64,000 nt of DNA from Eledone cirrhosa (lineage: Eukaryota). Positions 25,966 to 40,626 of the stretch are shown in pieces (the first letter of the stretch is position 1; each line of letters opens with the position of its first letter). The DNA lies in contig OZ024741.1 in assembly GCA_964016885.1 (NCBI GenBank), positions 312,356,001-312,420,000 of the forward strand. The letters are read 5' to 3'. The notes beneath the pieces were generated by a model that was not told the origin of the DNA, ran no database searches, and was given only the letters and a program-made list of their open reading frames with translations. The position numbers were made by a program, and so were the translations under genes.

Positions 25966-28900
25966 GTTTACCGTACTGTAAGCAAAATATCACATCGGGT
26001 GGAGGGAGCCACGGAGGCTCAAATCGAAAAAGGCTTCGGATGCGTCTGCGCCCGCAAAACCTACATCACCCGAGGAAAAAAAATATGCCACAGTAGACGT
26101 ATTTTTGCCACCCCCCAGGAGGCGAAGTCTCACACTTTGGTAACCCTAAAGAGTGAGGAGAGAGTCTGGCCGCGTCTGTCCTTGCTGGAATCGAGAACAG
26201 GACGACCATGCTGCAAGCACAGCAAATAGTGAGACAGAACTGGTCAGGTATAAGCATGCAAATGCTAATACAAACTGACCAGGAGTGTATCGAGGCTATC
26301 CCCGATATCATAGACCTCGAGGAAGGTCTCCTACTCCCTATAAGCTTGGAAGGAAGGCGCCCAAAATGCTGTCACTGTAGAGCAAAGGGTTACCTCAGGG
26401 CCTTTTGCCCGCAGAAGACAGCGATAAAGAAGCCCCTCCCCCTCCTTCCAATTCCTAGTCCACTGATACCAAGAGCAGGGCAGGCAACAAAGGCAAAAGA
26501 ACCTGCAACGATGAGTAGGAGGACAGCGTCCGTGGCACCCATACCAAGGCCACGGACTACTAAAGCATATGCAGCAGAGGCGGCAACACCAATAGCTACA
26601 TTTGCAGTAGCTGCACCAGCAACAACATCGACGGAAAGGGCTCCACTACCACCACCAACAGCCGTGGAGCATATACACCACCCAGATCCCATGGAATTCG
26701 ACATGGATTCTGAGACGGGAGTGAAGTGGCAAACGGTTTGCAAAGAACAAAAAAAAAACGAAAAAGAAAGAACTCCTTAGCTTAAACCTCCAAAAGCGAT
26801 GGAAAACAAATAGGGGTAAAGGTTACAAGGGGACGCGCAGCAACGCCACCACCATCACCACCAACAACCACCATCACCACCAACAACCACCACACCACCA
26901 CCACCAGCATCACCGCAAACACAACAGAACAAACATACACAACAGCAGCAACAAGAAAACAGCAACAAATCACCCCCCCCCCCCCCCCACAAAAAAAACA
27001 ACATTACACAGCCAGAAACATGGCAAATAAAGAACTCTTAGAACATATAGAGCAGCACACAGACATTACAGACAAAAATTACTACACCACACCAACACAA
27101 AGAACTTTCCCGAAAAATATAAACATTATTTGTTTCTACTTTAGGCACAAGGCCAGCAATTACCCAGTTCATTACTGGTACTTTATTTTATCGACCCCGT
27201 AAGGATGAAAGGCAAAGTCAACCTCGGCGGGATTTGAACTCAGACCGTAAAGGGACGTAACTATGTTGGAAAGCATGGCGTCCGACCCTCTACCGATACT
27301 GCCAATCCACCGAAAAATATAAACATTATTGAAATTAAAATAGAACATTATAAACATTTAAAAGAAAAATTCCCCAACACAGTTGGAGACCTCAGAGTGT
27401 CGGTTACAAAGGGATATACACCGACATCATCTTGGAGACACCCATGACCAGCTAAAGGGATGGTTCGATTGTCCCTTTCCCAAACGATCAGGGTAGGTAA
27501 CCCCTTTTCACTTATTCCATTCGTCACCCAACATGGCCTTACTTAGTAAAAGCAGTATAAATGTACGTGGCCTGAGGTCATCGTGGAAGCAGGGCCACCT
27601 GCTTAACGATCTTCGGCGGCTACGACGTATACGCATCTCCCAGCCGTCCGGGAGCGGGGTTAGGGGTAGATGGAGTTGCTGTGATTTTTGAGAGAAGGTA
27701 CGTCTGTGGTACTGGACGTGACAAGCAGTGAAGGCAATACTTTCAGGCTAATAGCCGTCTACTCCCCAACAGGGGCAGGACGGCCAGATTTTTTCAGACG
27801 TCTAGAGATAGCTCTTTAGTGTTAGTGAGTGACTGGAACGGTATCTTAGATGCACGCTGGGATTATGTGGGGCTAGTAAATAAGGGAGGAGGATGTAAAA
27901 GCCTCACCAAACTGCTCAGACATTTTCAACATGTCTGACAGGTATCGACTAGATTATCCGAATGTGCTAATATGGACATGGGAAAACCGCATCGGGTCAT
28001 CCAGATCGTATCTAGATAGGATATTATGGAGAGAAACAGATAAGGCTAGCGTAGGTTGTCCACAATTGAAAATAGTCGACTACACGAAACACACATTTGG
28101 GATCTGTGAAGTTCAGTTAGATAGACTTAATAGGAAAGGACCTGGAAGCTGGACGCTCTTTCCCGTCACGCAAAGCTTACGGAGACTGGATATTCGAATT
28201 AGCTGACGGGTGCGATCGTCAACAATAAGTGGTGGTTTACCCTGAAAAGGGTAAATGGAGTAAAATCGCTAAGGTTTAGCAAAGAACTAGTGATAGAGGA
28301 AAATAATGTAGAAGGAGAGCTAGTTAGAAAGCTAGAAGAGGCGTTTAGGACAGGCATCCTAACCGACGTGCTTGCAGCGAGATTGGCACTCGATCAATTA
28401 TTCAACGCAATCACGAAGGCTGCGTTGTCAGAGCTAGAGCGCGTGCTCTGAAAGACAAGGGGACAAAAGCAGTCCAATGGCCCAGGGTGGTGGAGGTGCG
28501 ACGTGGCAACAAAGCCACAATTCAATCCTTGCCTGACCCAAACTGGCACGTTACACGAACCCGAGCAGATGTGTGAGGCTTTTTAGCAGCACGTAGCTCA
28601 ATTATTGGAGACGGCGGTGGGTCAGAACGGAGTATGATCTTCAGTGCCGACCTCGAGGGACTACAGCAGCTCTCGACGACCGCAGTGCAGTATTGCGAAA
28701 ACCCGATAACAGCAGGCGAAATACAGGAAGCGATGTCTGACGGCCCGAGGGGTAAATCGCCAGGTTTGGATGGTCTGCTCTACGAGCTTTATGCGTACAT
28801 GCCAGATTTGTTCAGCGACCTCTTGGCAGACATCTACTGCAACTGGCAGCAGAACGGGCATTCCCAGTTGTGTTAGCCGGGAAGCTGTGGCGCTGTTGAA

Positions 28901-30920
28901 AAAATACGCGAACAAAGGGGACGTTATAGACATATTCAAGCCCATAACTCTGTTAATCACAGATTTCAATGTTCTTGGCCAATGTGTTCGCAAAGAGATT
29001 CGCGCTTGTCGTCGGTAATCTGGTAGGAGAGTTGCAGACATGCGCCATTCCAGACAAATCCATCCACGACAACCTCCACCTCATGCGATATATCATAGAG
29101 AAGGTGTTTAAGGAACCTTCCACAGGTGGAGCCCTGATCAACTTAGATCAATCTAAGGTGGCGGTCGCCGAGGCGGCTTGTTTCGGACCCATTTTCAGGG
29201 GTTGGATCCTCACGATGCACAGCGATATCTGCTCAGTTGTGAGGGTGAACTGTCATCTGTCACAGCCACTCAGCATCATGCGCTCGGGAGTCTAGGATTA
29301 TCCCCTCTCGTCGCTCTTGTACGTATTGGCCCCAGAATCGTTACTGCACAAATTGGAGGCGATGAGAGACGTCCCACGCGAACTGGGATGTGGGATGTGC
29401 GTATCGGCTTACGCCAACGACGTTATCGTGGTAGTGTCAAGATCCGGACATGTCCAGATGCTCGGTACCGCTCTCAAGGAATATGAATCAGTTACAGGAA
29501 CAAAGTTAAACCAGGAAGAGTCGGTGAGCTTACAGCTGGGCGCTGGACGGAAGGACCGGTTAAATTGCTCGGGGTCTGGTTCGGTCCGGACCTCCAGATG
29601 GAGAAAAGCTGGAGGGAGATGACGTATAGGGTGGCCTCTTTCACCCAAAAATGGGCCGAGAGCAAGCTGTCCCTGAAAGGTCGGGCAGAGTTGGTGAATG
29701 CGTTCATCGCATCCGTCATCTGCTACCACCTAAACGTTGTACCTTGCCCCGGACTAACTCTGACAAAAATGGAGCGTCTCCTCTTCCTTGACGGTGAACA
29801 GGTGTGGTCACCGTTTGCCAAACGTGTTTTTCCCCAGCTCGTCTAATTAACGGAGCTGCAGTCCTGGATCAGGAAAAGTAGGAGGGATAGTGCTTGGAAG
29901 CTGGAATGTTTCCAAACGTTCACAGCCTTCTACCAGCTGGGCAATAGTATCGGTGGAACATCCTCCTCGGCGTTCTATAGAGGAGTAGTGGAGGGGAAGA
30001 GTGACGACGATCTGGGGGACACCCTGGGCGTCGAAGACGATCAGCTGTTCGCTCTCTTCACGATTACTTTCAGCCCGGGGCCTATGGACAACTTCCAGAA
30101 CTCCCTGGCCTGGCAGCGCTACCGGGAGCATTGCCGGTTCGAGATAAGCACTACAGGCACGAAAGTGCCGTCAGCCGAAGCTGTCCGAGATGCGCACAGA
30201 GCGATGAAAGCGTTGAGCACACGCTTGTTCAGTGTCCGAGCATTGCTGACTTGTGGAGCAATGTCGAATTATTGCTGTCACGTGTAGGACGGATCCGGGT
30301 ATCGACTGACGCCATTGTGCAGATAGCCCCGTGGTCTTCCTTTAAGGAGGAGGAAGGGCAGGCAGTTTTCATCTGCCTGGTGGCCATGGCGAAAGAGATT
30401 GTATGGTGGACAAGATTGAAAGGATTGAATACGGACACTCTCCTCTTCGGCGTATCCCTGATTAACATTTTCAAATTTCACTTGAAGAGGAAAATCAGGG
30501 TGGAGAGGCAAGTGATACCTTCTAGTAAGTTTTTAGAAAGGTGGGTGAATGTAGCGAGAATGGTCCGAGTGAACGGGTCCGCTCTGAATATATGCTTGTA
30601 GTTTGAGGAATGGGAAAAAATTGAGAGAGGGCGCTTGCCCTGGGGGTCAGAATGGCCGTGGTCTTTGGTGTGGTTTTCGCCCCGAGTAACCCTCAGACGT
30701 TTCACCTTATTTGGGAATTTTTCATTGTTTGAATTTTCATTTTTATTGTTTATATATATATATGTTTCTATGTCTTTTTCTTTTCTTATATAAATAATAA
30801 AAATCTTTACACGATCAAAACCCACATCGTACCGTCCTGTACTGTCCTGTGCCGTCTGTAATGTTTTTCTTGATGTCAGCCCTTGTGGCCAATAAAAACA
30901 TCATCATTATTATTATTATT
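25966..30920 (+). mobile_element. Tx1-type LINE copy A, degenerate near-full-length
   Basis: ORF1 knuckle CCHC....YLRAFCP; ORF2 APE, RT (KSPGLDGL, AYAND) and CPRC...HTLVQC; AATAAA and (ATT)n tail. Confidence 0.85.
27131..27309 (-). mobile_element. SINE inserted in Tx1 ORF1 with ~20-bp TSD
   Basis: cgaaaaatataaacattatt at 27111-27130 and 27311-27330. Confidence 0.9.
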
Positions 30921-33873
30921 TTCCGGCACGTAAGGCTTACAGGGACCGAGTCAACAAGTTAGTTAAGCAAAAGTTGACAGGGGGGGATCATCAACAACAG
31001 ATGGTGGGGGGCTCTCAAAAGAGAGATTTGAGTAACTTCGATAGAGTTCAGCAAAGAACTAGCGTTAGAGAAAAATAGAAAGGAGCGGGAGCTGGTAGAT
31101 AAGTTAGACGAGGCTATTTGTAGTGGCGTCGCAACTGACGTGCTAGCGGCGAGAATGGCATTAGACCATTTCTTCAATGCCAAACACGAAGGTTGCATTG
31201 TCAGAGCTAAGGCGCGTGCGCTGAGAAACAAGGGAACTAAAGCTGTTCGATGGGCCCGCGTGGCGGAGGCGCAGTGTGGTAATAAAACCACAATTCGGTC
31301 TTTGGCGGACCGAGACGGACACGAGATAAGCGATTCCAAGCGGATGTGTGAGACTTTTCGCCAGCACTTTGCTCGGTTGTTCAGGGAGAGTGGCGAGTCA
31401 TAGAGAGTAGCGGATTACAGTCCCTACCTTGACGGCTTGCCGCGCATCTCGACGGTCGACGCTGAGCGCTGCGAAAGGCCGATTACTTCAGCCGAAATTC
31501 AGGACGCATTTGTCGGCTGCATGAGGCGCAAGTCACCCAGTTTGGATGGCCTGCCCTACGAGCTTTACGTAAATATGCCAGACTTGTTCTCCGAACTCCT
31601 CGAAGCACTCTACTGTAACTGGAAGCAGAATGGGAGTATTCCCAGTTCTGTGAGCAGGGGAGTGGTGACGCTGATAAGGAAAGGCGAGAACAAGAGGGAT
31701 ACATTAGACAACTTCAGGCCCATAACTCTGCTCAACACAGAGTTTTAAGATTTTGGCCAAGGTGTTAGCAAAGGGATTGGCGCTTGTCGTCGAGGATTTG
31801 GTTGGGGAGGCGCAAACTTGCGCAATCCCAGCCAGGTCCATACACGACAATCTCCACCTCATGCGATACATCATAGAGAGGGTAGGGTGTAAACCAGGCT
31901 TCGGTGGGGCACTGATCAATTTAGATCAATCGAAAGCATTCGATAGGGTCGACCATCTGTATCTGGAGTTTGTCCTCAAAGCAGCTGGCTTCGGCCCTGT
32001 CTTTAGAAGCTGGATCGTTGCAATGCACAGCGGCACGCGCTCGGTGGTCAAGGTTAATGGCCACCTCTCGGAACCATTTCGGCTCTCCCGATCGGTCCGT
32101 CAAGGGTGCCCTCTCTCTTCCCTTCTGTACGTATTGACTCTCGAGCCTTTACTGCGGAAGCTGGAGCTGTTGCAGGGCATCCCGCTAGAACCGGGACGTG
32201 GAAAGGCGGTGTCGGCTTATGCGGACGACATCACCGTGATGGTGTCGAACACCTCAGAAATCGAGGTGGTCGGCACCTTATTGAAGGAATATGAAAGGTT
32301 GACAGGAGCCAAACTTAACCCGGAAAAGTCGGTGGGCTTGCAGCTCGGAACCTGGAGAGGCAAGCCCATGCCGTCCAACAGCGTCGTGGGGCGCTGGACG
32401 GACGGACCAGTAAAGTTGCTCGGGGTTTGGTTCGGACCAGACCTCCAGGTGGAAAAGAATTGGGACGAGGTAACGAGTAGAGTAGCCAGTCTAACCAAAA
32501 AAATGGGCTGGGAGGAAGCTATCACTAAAAGGTCGCGCGGAGGTGGCGAATGCGTACATCGCGTCCGTCATCTACTACCGCCTAACCGTCGTGCCTTGCC
32601 CCCGCCCGCGCCTCGTAAAGTTGGAACGGCTCCTCTTCAAATTCTTGTGGAGGGGACAAGTTCCATTGGTGAGGCGGTCCATCTGCTGCCAGCACCCTTT
32701 ACGCGGAGGGCTGGGCATGCCGTGGCTAATGATGCGCAGACATGCGTTGAGGCTGCGACATCTCCAGATATTCTGCCTCAATGGTGAACAGGTGTGGTCG
32801 CCGTTTATCAGACGGGCCTTTCTTCAGCTCATTTCTTTGACTGAGCTGCAGTCCTGGGTCAAGAAGAGACCGAGACTGGGTGACTGGCACCTGGAATGTT
32901 GCCAGGCACTCACTGCCCTCTACCAAGCGGGCAATGCAATCAGTGGAACTTCCACTCTCGAGTTCTATAGAGGATTAGTGGTGGGCAAGTGCGATGATGC
33001 ACTCGGAGAAGCTTTGGGCCTCGACGAAGTCGAACTGACCAGTCTGTACCCGAGGACTTTTGAGCCGGGGACGATGGACAATTTCCAGAAATCCCTCACT
33101 TGGCAGTGCTACCGGGGGGCACTGCCGGTTCGGGATAAATCTACAGGCACGGAAGTGCTGTCAGACGGACCTGCCCAAGATGCGCACAGAACGACGAAAC
33201 CGTTCTGCACGCATTTTTCCAATGTCCGTGCATTACTGACTTGTGGAGTTATGTCGAACAGCTACTGTCGCGTGTGGAACGAATCCGGCTATCGGCCGAG
33301 TCCATAGTGAAGATCGAGCCGCCACCTTCCTTAGGTCAGGAAGAGCAGGACATTTTCCTCTGTCTGGTGGCAGTTGCGAAAGATTATATGGTGGACCAGG
33401 TTGAAAGGACTAATGACAGACACTTTTCTCTTCGGCCAATTCCTCATCAACTTCTTCAAGTTTCACCTGGAAAGGAGGGCGAGGGTGGAGAGAGAAGTGC
33501 TGCCCCCCAGTACATTTGCTAAAAGGTGGGTGAATGTGGCGAGAATGGCTCGTGTGAATGGGCCTACTCTGACCATGCGCCTATAGGCTGGCTAACATGA
33601 GGAGAGGGGTGCTCCCGTGGGTGCCCTAGAAGCGCAGGGTTGTTCAGGATTGGTGGGGTACCCGAATCACCCCAGGGTCGTTCACCCCCTATCGGGGAAT
33701 TTATTTTGTTATATTAATGCATAGTTTATTTTATATTTTTATATTTTCATTGTTAAATTAGACTTGCCATTGTGCACTTTTAATCGACCTTATTGTAAAC
33801 CCCCACTGTCCCTGTCTTTGTATTGTCCCCTACATGTCGGCCCTTGTCGCTAATAAATGAAATCATTATTATT
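30921..33873 (+). mobile_element. Tx1-type LINE copy B, 5'-truncated
   Basis: FRPITLLN, LDQSKAFDRVDH, VRQGCPLS, AYADD, GGLG; stops and frameshifts; AATAAA end. Confidence 0.9.
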
Positions 33874-33961
33874 ACTTTGCCTTTCATCCTTACGGGGTCG
33901 ATAAAATAAAGTACCAGTAATGCACTGGGTAATTGCTGGCCTTGTGCCTAAAGTAGAAACA

Positions 33962-33965
<4 letters not shown>
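33874..33965 (+). mobile_element. 5'-truncated SINE followed by (ATT)n
   Basis: Family 3' half; (ATT)n at 33962-34003. Confidence 0.85.
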
Positions 33966-34003
<38 letters not shown>

Positions 34004-37000
34004 GGCGACCTACGTAGTAAATCGTATCATCGTGAGCTGCGCAAAGTTTGTTATTTCCGTTTGTTAAAAATTGCCATTTATGGACATTTTTTATTGTTAA
34101 CTATATATAAGCGCACATACATTGTTTTCCGAAAAGGACACGCAAAAAGATTGGGGCCTTGTGCCCAAAATTTAAACTTTTATGATTATCAAAAAATTTC
34201 TTTCAAAAAAAAATGGCTAATTCACCACTGCACCAAGCAGCTGAAAGCCTTTCTCACAAATTAACACCTCACACCGACACCACCATTGTAAATGATTATA
34301 CGTCTGCCAACACAAACAATTTAAGCACTAGCAATATTTTAAATTTGTCTCAGGTAGACATTCATTTCCCGCCATTACCAATGACTGCAGGGGTTAAAGC
34401 CGCCCCCACCACCACCACCACCGCGACAACCACCAACGCGACAACAGAAACAAAAGGAAAAAATAAATCAACTCGTGATGTCGAAATATTTTCAACCAAA
34501 ATGGACTCTCCCAAACCGAACTTCACTGACGTCACCACCACCACAACTGAAAATAAAATTAATAATAACAAAAATAACGATAGCAACAACAACAACAATG
34601 ACATAAAAAAACCACCCTGAGTTTTGCCAGAGTAGCAAAACAGTGAGAAGCATTTACGGTAACCCAGGAGGAATTAGAAAATGCCAAACAAATGGTAAAG
34701 AAAGATGGGTACAGGGTCAGCCTCACCCCCACCTAATAAAATGGAGCATCGGCGCCTATGCACCGTGTCGTATCGAACAATAAATGTAAAATCGCCCCGA
34801 GTGGAACGGGCATCCGAGTCCCAAATCCAAAAAGCTTTGGGACATGTGTGGGCAAGAAAAAACCACATCAGACGTGGGAAGAAGTATGGAACCGTGGACG
34901 TGTTCTTTGAAACACCAGAGGAGGCTAGAGAACACTCCATGGCCCCATTAAGAAGTGACGACTTCACACTCGTCCCAAGTTATTGTGGCCAGAGTCTCGT
35001 AAAGATCAGGGTGACCCACGTTCCACCGGCCATCGAAATTCCCTGGCTAATAGCGGCCGTCCTCGCCGGCATCGAAGCCAACACAAAGATAATAGCAATA
35101 GCAAAAGAAAAGCAGGAGAACTGGTCCGGATCTGGGATGGAGCTCCTGATCCAAGCGGACCAAAAAAGCATTGAGGAGATCCCAGAGGTAATAGACCTCA
35201 CTGACGGCAGCCACATCACCGTAATTGTCGAGGGCAGAAGGCCTAGGTGTGTCGTTTGTGGTGAAGGAACCCACCTAAGGGCTTTCTGCCCTAAGGCTAA
35301 AAGGTTGAGGCCACCTCTCCTACCCACCCCAGTGACACAACCATCAACACCACCAGTAGCAGAGATGGCAGCAACAACTGTAGCAGCAACAACAGAAGCA
35401 ACTATAACAGTAACAACGCCAGAAACAGTAGCAAACCCAACAACACCACCACCAGCAAAAACAACACCACCACCACCAAACGCTTCAGAACTAGCACCAG
35501 CGCCTACAGCATCGTCCACGCCACAACCAAAACTAACGCCCGTGGAGGATTTTCCACTCCCCGGCCTATCACAACTGGAGACAGATTGTGACGACGAGGA
35601 GTTGGAAACGGTATCAGGAAAAGAAAAAGAAACCAAAAAAGAAAAAATTCTCTTCCTTCCCCCTCCAAAAACAAAATACAGAGGGGAACAAATAAATTAA
35701 CAAACAAAAAAGTTAGGACAGATATGCCACCATCCACACCAGCATCACCAACCCCATCAACCCAAACACCAACACCATCACCATCATTAACCCCAACACC
35801 ATCATCACCTACACCACAAAAGTCACGAAAATGCGAAACAGAAACAAACCCACAACAAACGCAAACAAAACAAAACAACCAAAACGATACACACTACACA
35901 GCATTAAGTTTGAACAACAAGCAATCATTACACTACATCCAACACAACACCAGCATCACAGAAAAAGACTACACAACAACCCAAAAATTCACACCACCTC
36001 CACACATACAAATCACTCGCATCACACAGAAAACGTACATGACACTAAAACAAAAATTCCCCAAAGACATCGGAGACTTCCGACAAGCACTCTCCAGGAG
36101 ATCCTTCCTAAGGAGGCCACAAGCAGTGAAAGGGATGGAAAAACCGTCCTTCCCCTAAGAAAAGTAAGGTAAGTGGTCTTTCCCATCTTTTCCACTCCTT
36201 TTCAGCATGACCTCACTCAGAATAGGCAGCATAAATGCGCGTGGCTTGGGGTCGTCATGGAAGCAGGGCCACTTGCTCAACGATCTCAGGTCACTAAACA
36301 TAGATGCAGTGGCCATCAGCGAGACCAGAGTCTCCGATACACGGGCCTTCGCACCGATCTTCGGCGGCTACGATGTGTACGCATCTCCCAGCCGTCCGGG
36401 ATCGGGGGGAGGAGTTGCTGTGCTTTTACGGAGAGGTTTGGATCTTGCCATACGGGCCATGTTCCTGGACCCAGAAGGTAAGTTGGTGGTGCTGGACGTG
36501 ACCAGCGGAGACGGGCAAGCTTTCAGGTTAGTGGACGTCTATGCCCCGACAGGAGCAGGGCGGCCTGATTTCTTCCGGCGTCTGGAGACCTTTCTTGGAA
36601 CGTCCCGCTCTTTAGTGTTAGTGGGCGACTGGAACGGGATCTTAGATGCACGCTGGGATTGTGTGGGATTAGTGGTTAGGGAAGGAGGGTTCGAAGGTCT
36701 CACCAACCTGCTCAGGCATTTTGAACTGTCTGACAGGTACCGAATGGATTTCTCGAATGTACCGATGTGGACTTGGACAAATCGCATAGGGTCATCCAGA
36801 TCATATCTAGATAGAGTATTTTGTAGGGAAATAGATAGGTCTAGCATAGCCTGTCCCACAATTCAAGATAGTCAGCTACACGGACCACAAATTCGTGATC
36901 TGTGTGCTTGACTTAGATAGGCTTCATAGACGAGGACCCGGCTACTGGAAGCTAAACGCGTCCTTACCAGCGCGCAAGGTCTACAGAGACCGGATTAGCG

Positions 37001-39883
37001 AACTAGTTAAGCGGGCGTTGACGGGGGCCATCGTCAACAAGTGGTGGTTTGCTCTGAAAAGAGCAATTAGAATAGAATCGATTAGGTTTAGTAAGGCTTT
37101 AGCAATAGAGAAAAATAGAGCAGAGGGAGAACTAGTTAGAAAATTAGACGAGGCGCTTAGCAAAGGCATTGCGACCGACGTGCTTGCGGCGAAATTGGCC
37201 CTTGACCAATTCTTCAATGCAAAGCACGAAGGCTGCGTTGTCAGAGCAAGGGTGCGTGCTCTCAGACACGAGGGGACGAAAGCCGTTCAATGGGCCCGAG
37301 TGGCGGAGGCGCGTCGTGGCAACAAAGCCACGATCCGGTCTTTGGTGGACCACGACGGGCGCATGCTACTCGATCCCGGGCAAATGTGTGAAGCTTTTCA
37401 GCGACACTTCGCTCAGCTGTTCGGGGGCAGCGGTGGGCCGGGTAGAGGGATGGACTTTAGTGTCTACCTCGACGGACTGCCGCGGCTCTCGGCCACTGAG
37501 GCGAAGTGTTGCGAAAAGCCGATAACAGCCGCTGAAGTAAGGGAGGCAATGACTGGCTGCACAAGGGGTAAATCGCCTGGTTTGGATGGTCTGCCCTATG
37601 AACTTTACGTACAGATGCCAGACTTGTTCGGAGGCATCTTGGCGGACGTCTACTGCAACTGGCAATAGAACGGGAGAATTCCCAGTTCTGTGAGCCGAGG
37701 AGCGGTGGCACTGCTGAGAAAGGATCCGAACAAGGGGGATAACATAGAAAATTTCCGGCCCATAACTCTGCTAAACACAGAGTTTAAGATTTTGGCCAAG
37801 GTGCTAGCAAAGAGATTGGCGCTTGTCGTTGGTGGTCTGGTGGGAGAGGCGCAGACATGCGCCATTCCCGACAGATCCATCCACGACAACCTCCACCTCA
37901 TGCGATACATCGTAGAGAGGGCAGCTAGGGAACCTGGCACGGGTGGGTCCTTGATCAATTTAGATCAGTCGAAAGCTTTCGATAGGGTCGACCATCGTTA
38001 CCTAGCGGCAGTCCTGAGGGCGGCTGGCTTTGGGCCCGTCTTCAGAGGCTGGATCGCTGCCATGCACAGCGACATCTGCTCTGTGGTGAGAGTGAACGGT
38101 CACCTGTCGGAACCATTCAACATCATGCGCTCGGTCCGCCAAGGATGTCCCCTCTCGTCCCTCTTGTACGTATTGACTCTCGAGCCATTACGGCACAAAC
38201 TGGAGACGTTGAGGGGAGTCCCGCGCGAACTAGGATGCGGAAGATCCGTGTCAGCATATGCGGACGATGTCACCGTAGTGGTGTCGAACGCCAAACACAT
38301 CGAGGCGATCGGCACTACACTAAGAGAATACGAAGCGGTGACAGGAGCAATGATCAACCAGTAAAAGTCAGTGGGCCTGCAGCTCGGCACCTAGAGAGGC
38401 AGGTCCATGCCGTCCAACAGCGTCGTCGGACGCTGGACGGACGGACCGGTTAAATTGCTAGGGGTCTGGTTCGGTTTGGACCTCCAGACGGACAAAAACT
38501 GGGACGAGGTGACGAGCAGGGTGGCTTCTCTCACCCAGAAATGGGCGGAGAGGAAGCTATCCCTGAAAGGTCGAGCGGAGGTGGCTAACGCGTACATCGC
38601 GTCTGTCATCTGCTACGCCTGATCGTCGTACCTTGTCCTAAGCCTCGCCTGACTGCGCTGGAGCGTTTGCTCTTTCGCTTTTTGTGGAAGGGACGTGCTC
38701 CGATGGTCAGGCGGTCCATCTGTTGTCAACACCCGCTACGCGGAGGGCTGGGCATGCCGTGGCTGATGATGCGCAGGCACGCGCTCAGGCTACGACATCT
38801 CCACATCTTCCTCGACGGTGATCAGGTGTGGTCGCCGTTTGCTAGGCGCGTATTTCCCCAGCTCGTTTCCTTGACGGAGCTGCAGTCCTGGGTCAAGCGA
38901 AGACCGAGAGGGAGCGCCTGGAGACTGGAATGTCTTCAGGCGCTCACAGCCCTCGACCAATCGGGCAATGTGATCGGTGGAAACTCCACCTCGGCGTTCT
39001 ATAGAGGATTAGTGGAGGGTAAGAGCGACGACGTACTTGGGGAAACTCTAGGCGTCGACGAAAATCAACTAGCCAATCTCTTCGGAAGAACTTTCGGGCC
39101 GGGGCCTATGGACAACTTCCAGAAATCTCTGGCCTGGCAGTGCTACCGAGGAGCCTTGCCAGTTCGGGATAAACTCTACAGGCATGGAGGTGCCGTCAGC
39201 CGGGCATGTCCGAGATGCGCGCAGGGCGACGAAACCGTCCTGCACGCACTCGTCCAGTGTCCGAAAATTGCTGACTTGTGGGTTTATGTCGAACACCTGC
39301 TGTCGCGTTTAGGACGGATCCAGCTATCATCTGAGTCCATCGTGAGAATTGCCCCGCCCTCCTCCTTTAGCCGGGAAGGGCAGGCAGTTTTTATCTGTCT
39401 GGTGGCCATGGCGAAAGAGATAGTATGGTGGACACGTTTGAAAGGGCTGAAGACGAGCACTTACCTCTTCGGTGATGCTCTGATTGACTTTTTCAAATTT
39501 CATTTGAAAAGGAAAATCAGAGTAGAGAGGGAAGTGCTCTCTTCCCAGCATTTTGTTGAAAGATGGGTGAGATGAGCAAGAATGGCCCGAGTGAATGGGC
39601 CTACTCTGAGTATATATCTGTAAATTAAAGGTGGAAAACTGGGAGAGGGCACTTGCCTTGGTGGTCAGGGTCATTGTGGCTTTTTACTGGGCTTTCTCCA
39701 CAAATGTCCCTCCGAAGTCTCCCCCCTATTGGGGAATTTTTCATTGTTATTTTCATTGTTATTTTTGTTACATCCTCTGTTTTTGTTTTTTTACACGCAG
39801 AAATGCCCATTTGTACCGTCCTGCATTGTCCTGCACTGTCCTTAATGTCTACTTTATGTAAACCCTTGTGGTTAATAAAGAAA

Positions 39884-39923
<40 letters not shown>
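34004..39923 (+). mobile_element. Tx1-type LINE copy C, full-length with a few disablements
   Basis: ORF1 ~34213-36158 (CX2CX4HX4C knuckle CVVCGEGTHLRAFC); ORF2 36207-~39623 with APE (SINARGL, SET, GDWN, YLDR), RT and zinc finger; (ATT)n on both sides. Confidence 0.92.
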
Positions 39924-39925
<2 letters not shown>

Positions 39926-40003
39926 CTTGAATCTCAGTCATTGATGTTGGTTAACTGGAAAGTCCGTTGGAATGAATATCAAGCTACTACCTGCAGCCTC
40001 AGA

Positions 40004-40263
40004 TATTCTGTGTCTGTAAATTAAAGGTGGAAAACTGGGAGAGGGCACTTGCCCTGGTGGTCAGGGCCACTGTGGTCTTTTAATGGGCTTTCTCCACAAA
40101 TGTCCCTTGGAAGTCTCCCCCCTATTGGGGAATTTTTCTTTGTTATTTTATTTCAACCTCTGTTTTTTTTTACACGCAGAAATGCCCATTTGTACCGTCC
40201 TGTATTGTCCTGTACTGTCCTTAATGTCTACTTTATGTGAACCCTTGTGGTTAATAAAGAAAA

Positions 40264-40308
<45 letters not shown>
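40004..40308 (+). mobile_element. Tx1 3'UTR-only copy with (ATT)n tail
   Basis: Near-duplicate of 39615-39923. Confidence 0.85.
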
Positions 40309-40309
<1 letters not shown>

Positions 40310-40410
40310 GTTTATATTTATTTCCATTATATATATATATATGTTTCTATATATATATATATATATATGTTTCTATGTCATTTTTCTTTTTCGTTTCTTA
40401 TATAAATAAT

Positions 40411-40595
40411 TGTTTCTACTTTAGGCACAAGGTCAGCAATTACCCAGTACATTACTGGTACTTTATTTTATGGACCCCGTAAGGATGAAAAGCAAAGTTA
40501 ACATCGGCGGGATTTGAACTCAGACTGTAAAGGGATGCAACTATGCTAGAAAGCATGGCGTTCGACCCTCTACCGATACTGCCAATCCACCGCCC
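40411..40595 (-). mobile_element. SINE with 17-bp TSD
   Basis: tttcttatataaataat at 40394-40410 and 40596-40612. Confidence 0.92.
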
Positions 40596-40626
40596 TTTCT
40601 TATATAAATAATAAACATCTTTACAC

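Noticed and set aside
36164-36206. GTAAGT...pyrimidine tract-CAG just before the Tx1 ORF2 ATG, suggesting a spliced ORF1-ORF2 fusion
   Set aside because: Only 37-42 nt long; the conserved ORF1 frame stops at 36158, before the donor, and copy A lacks the acceptor.
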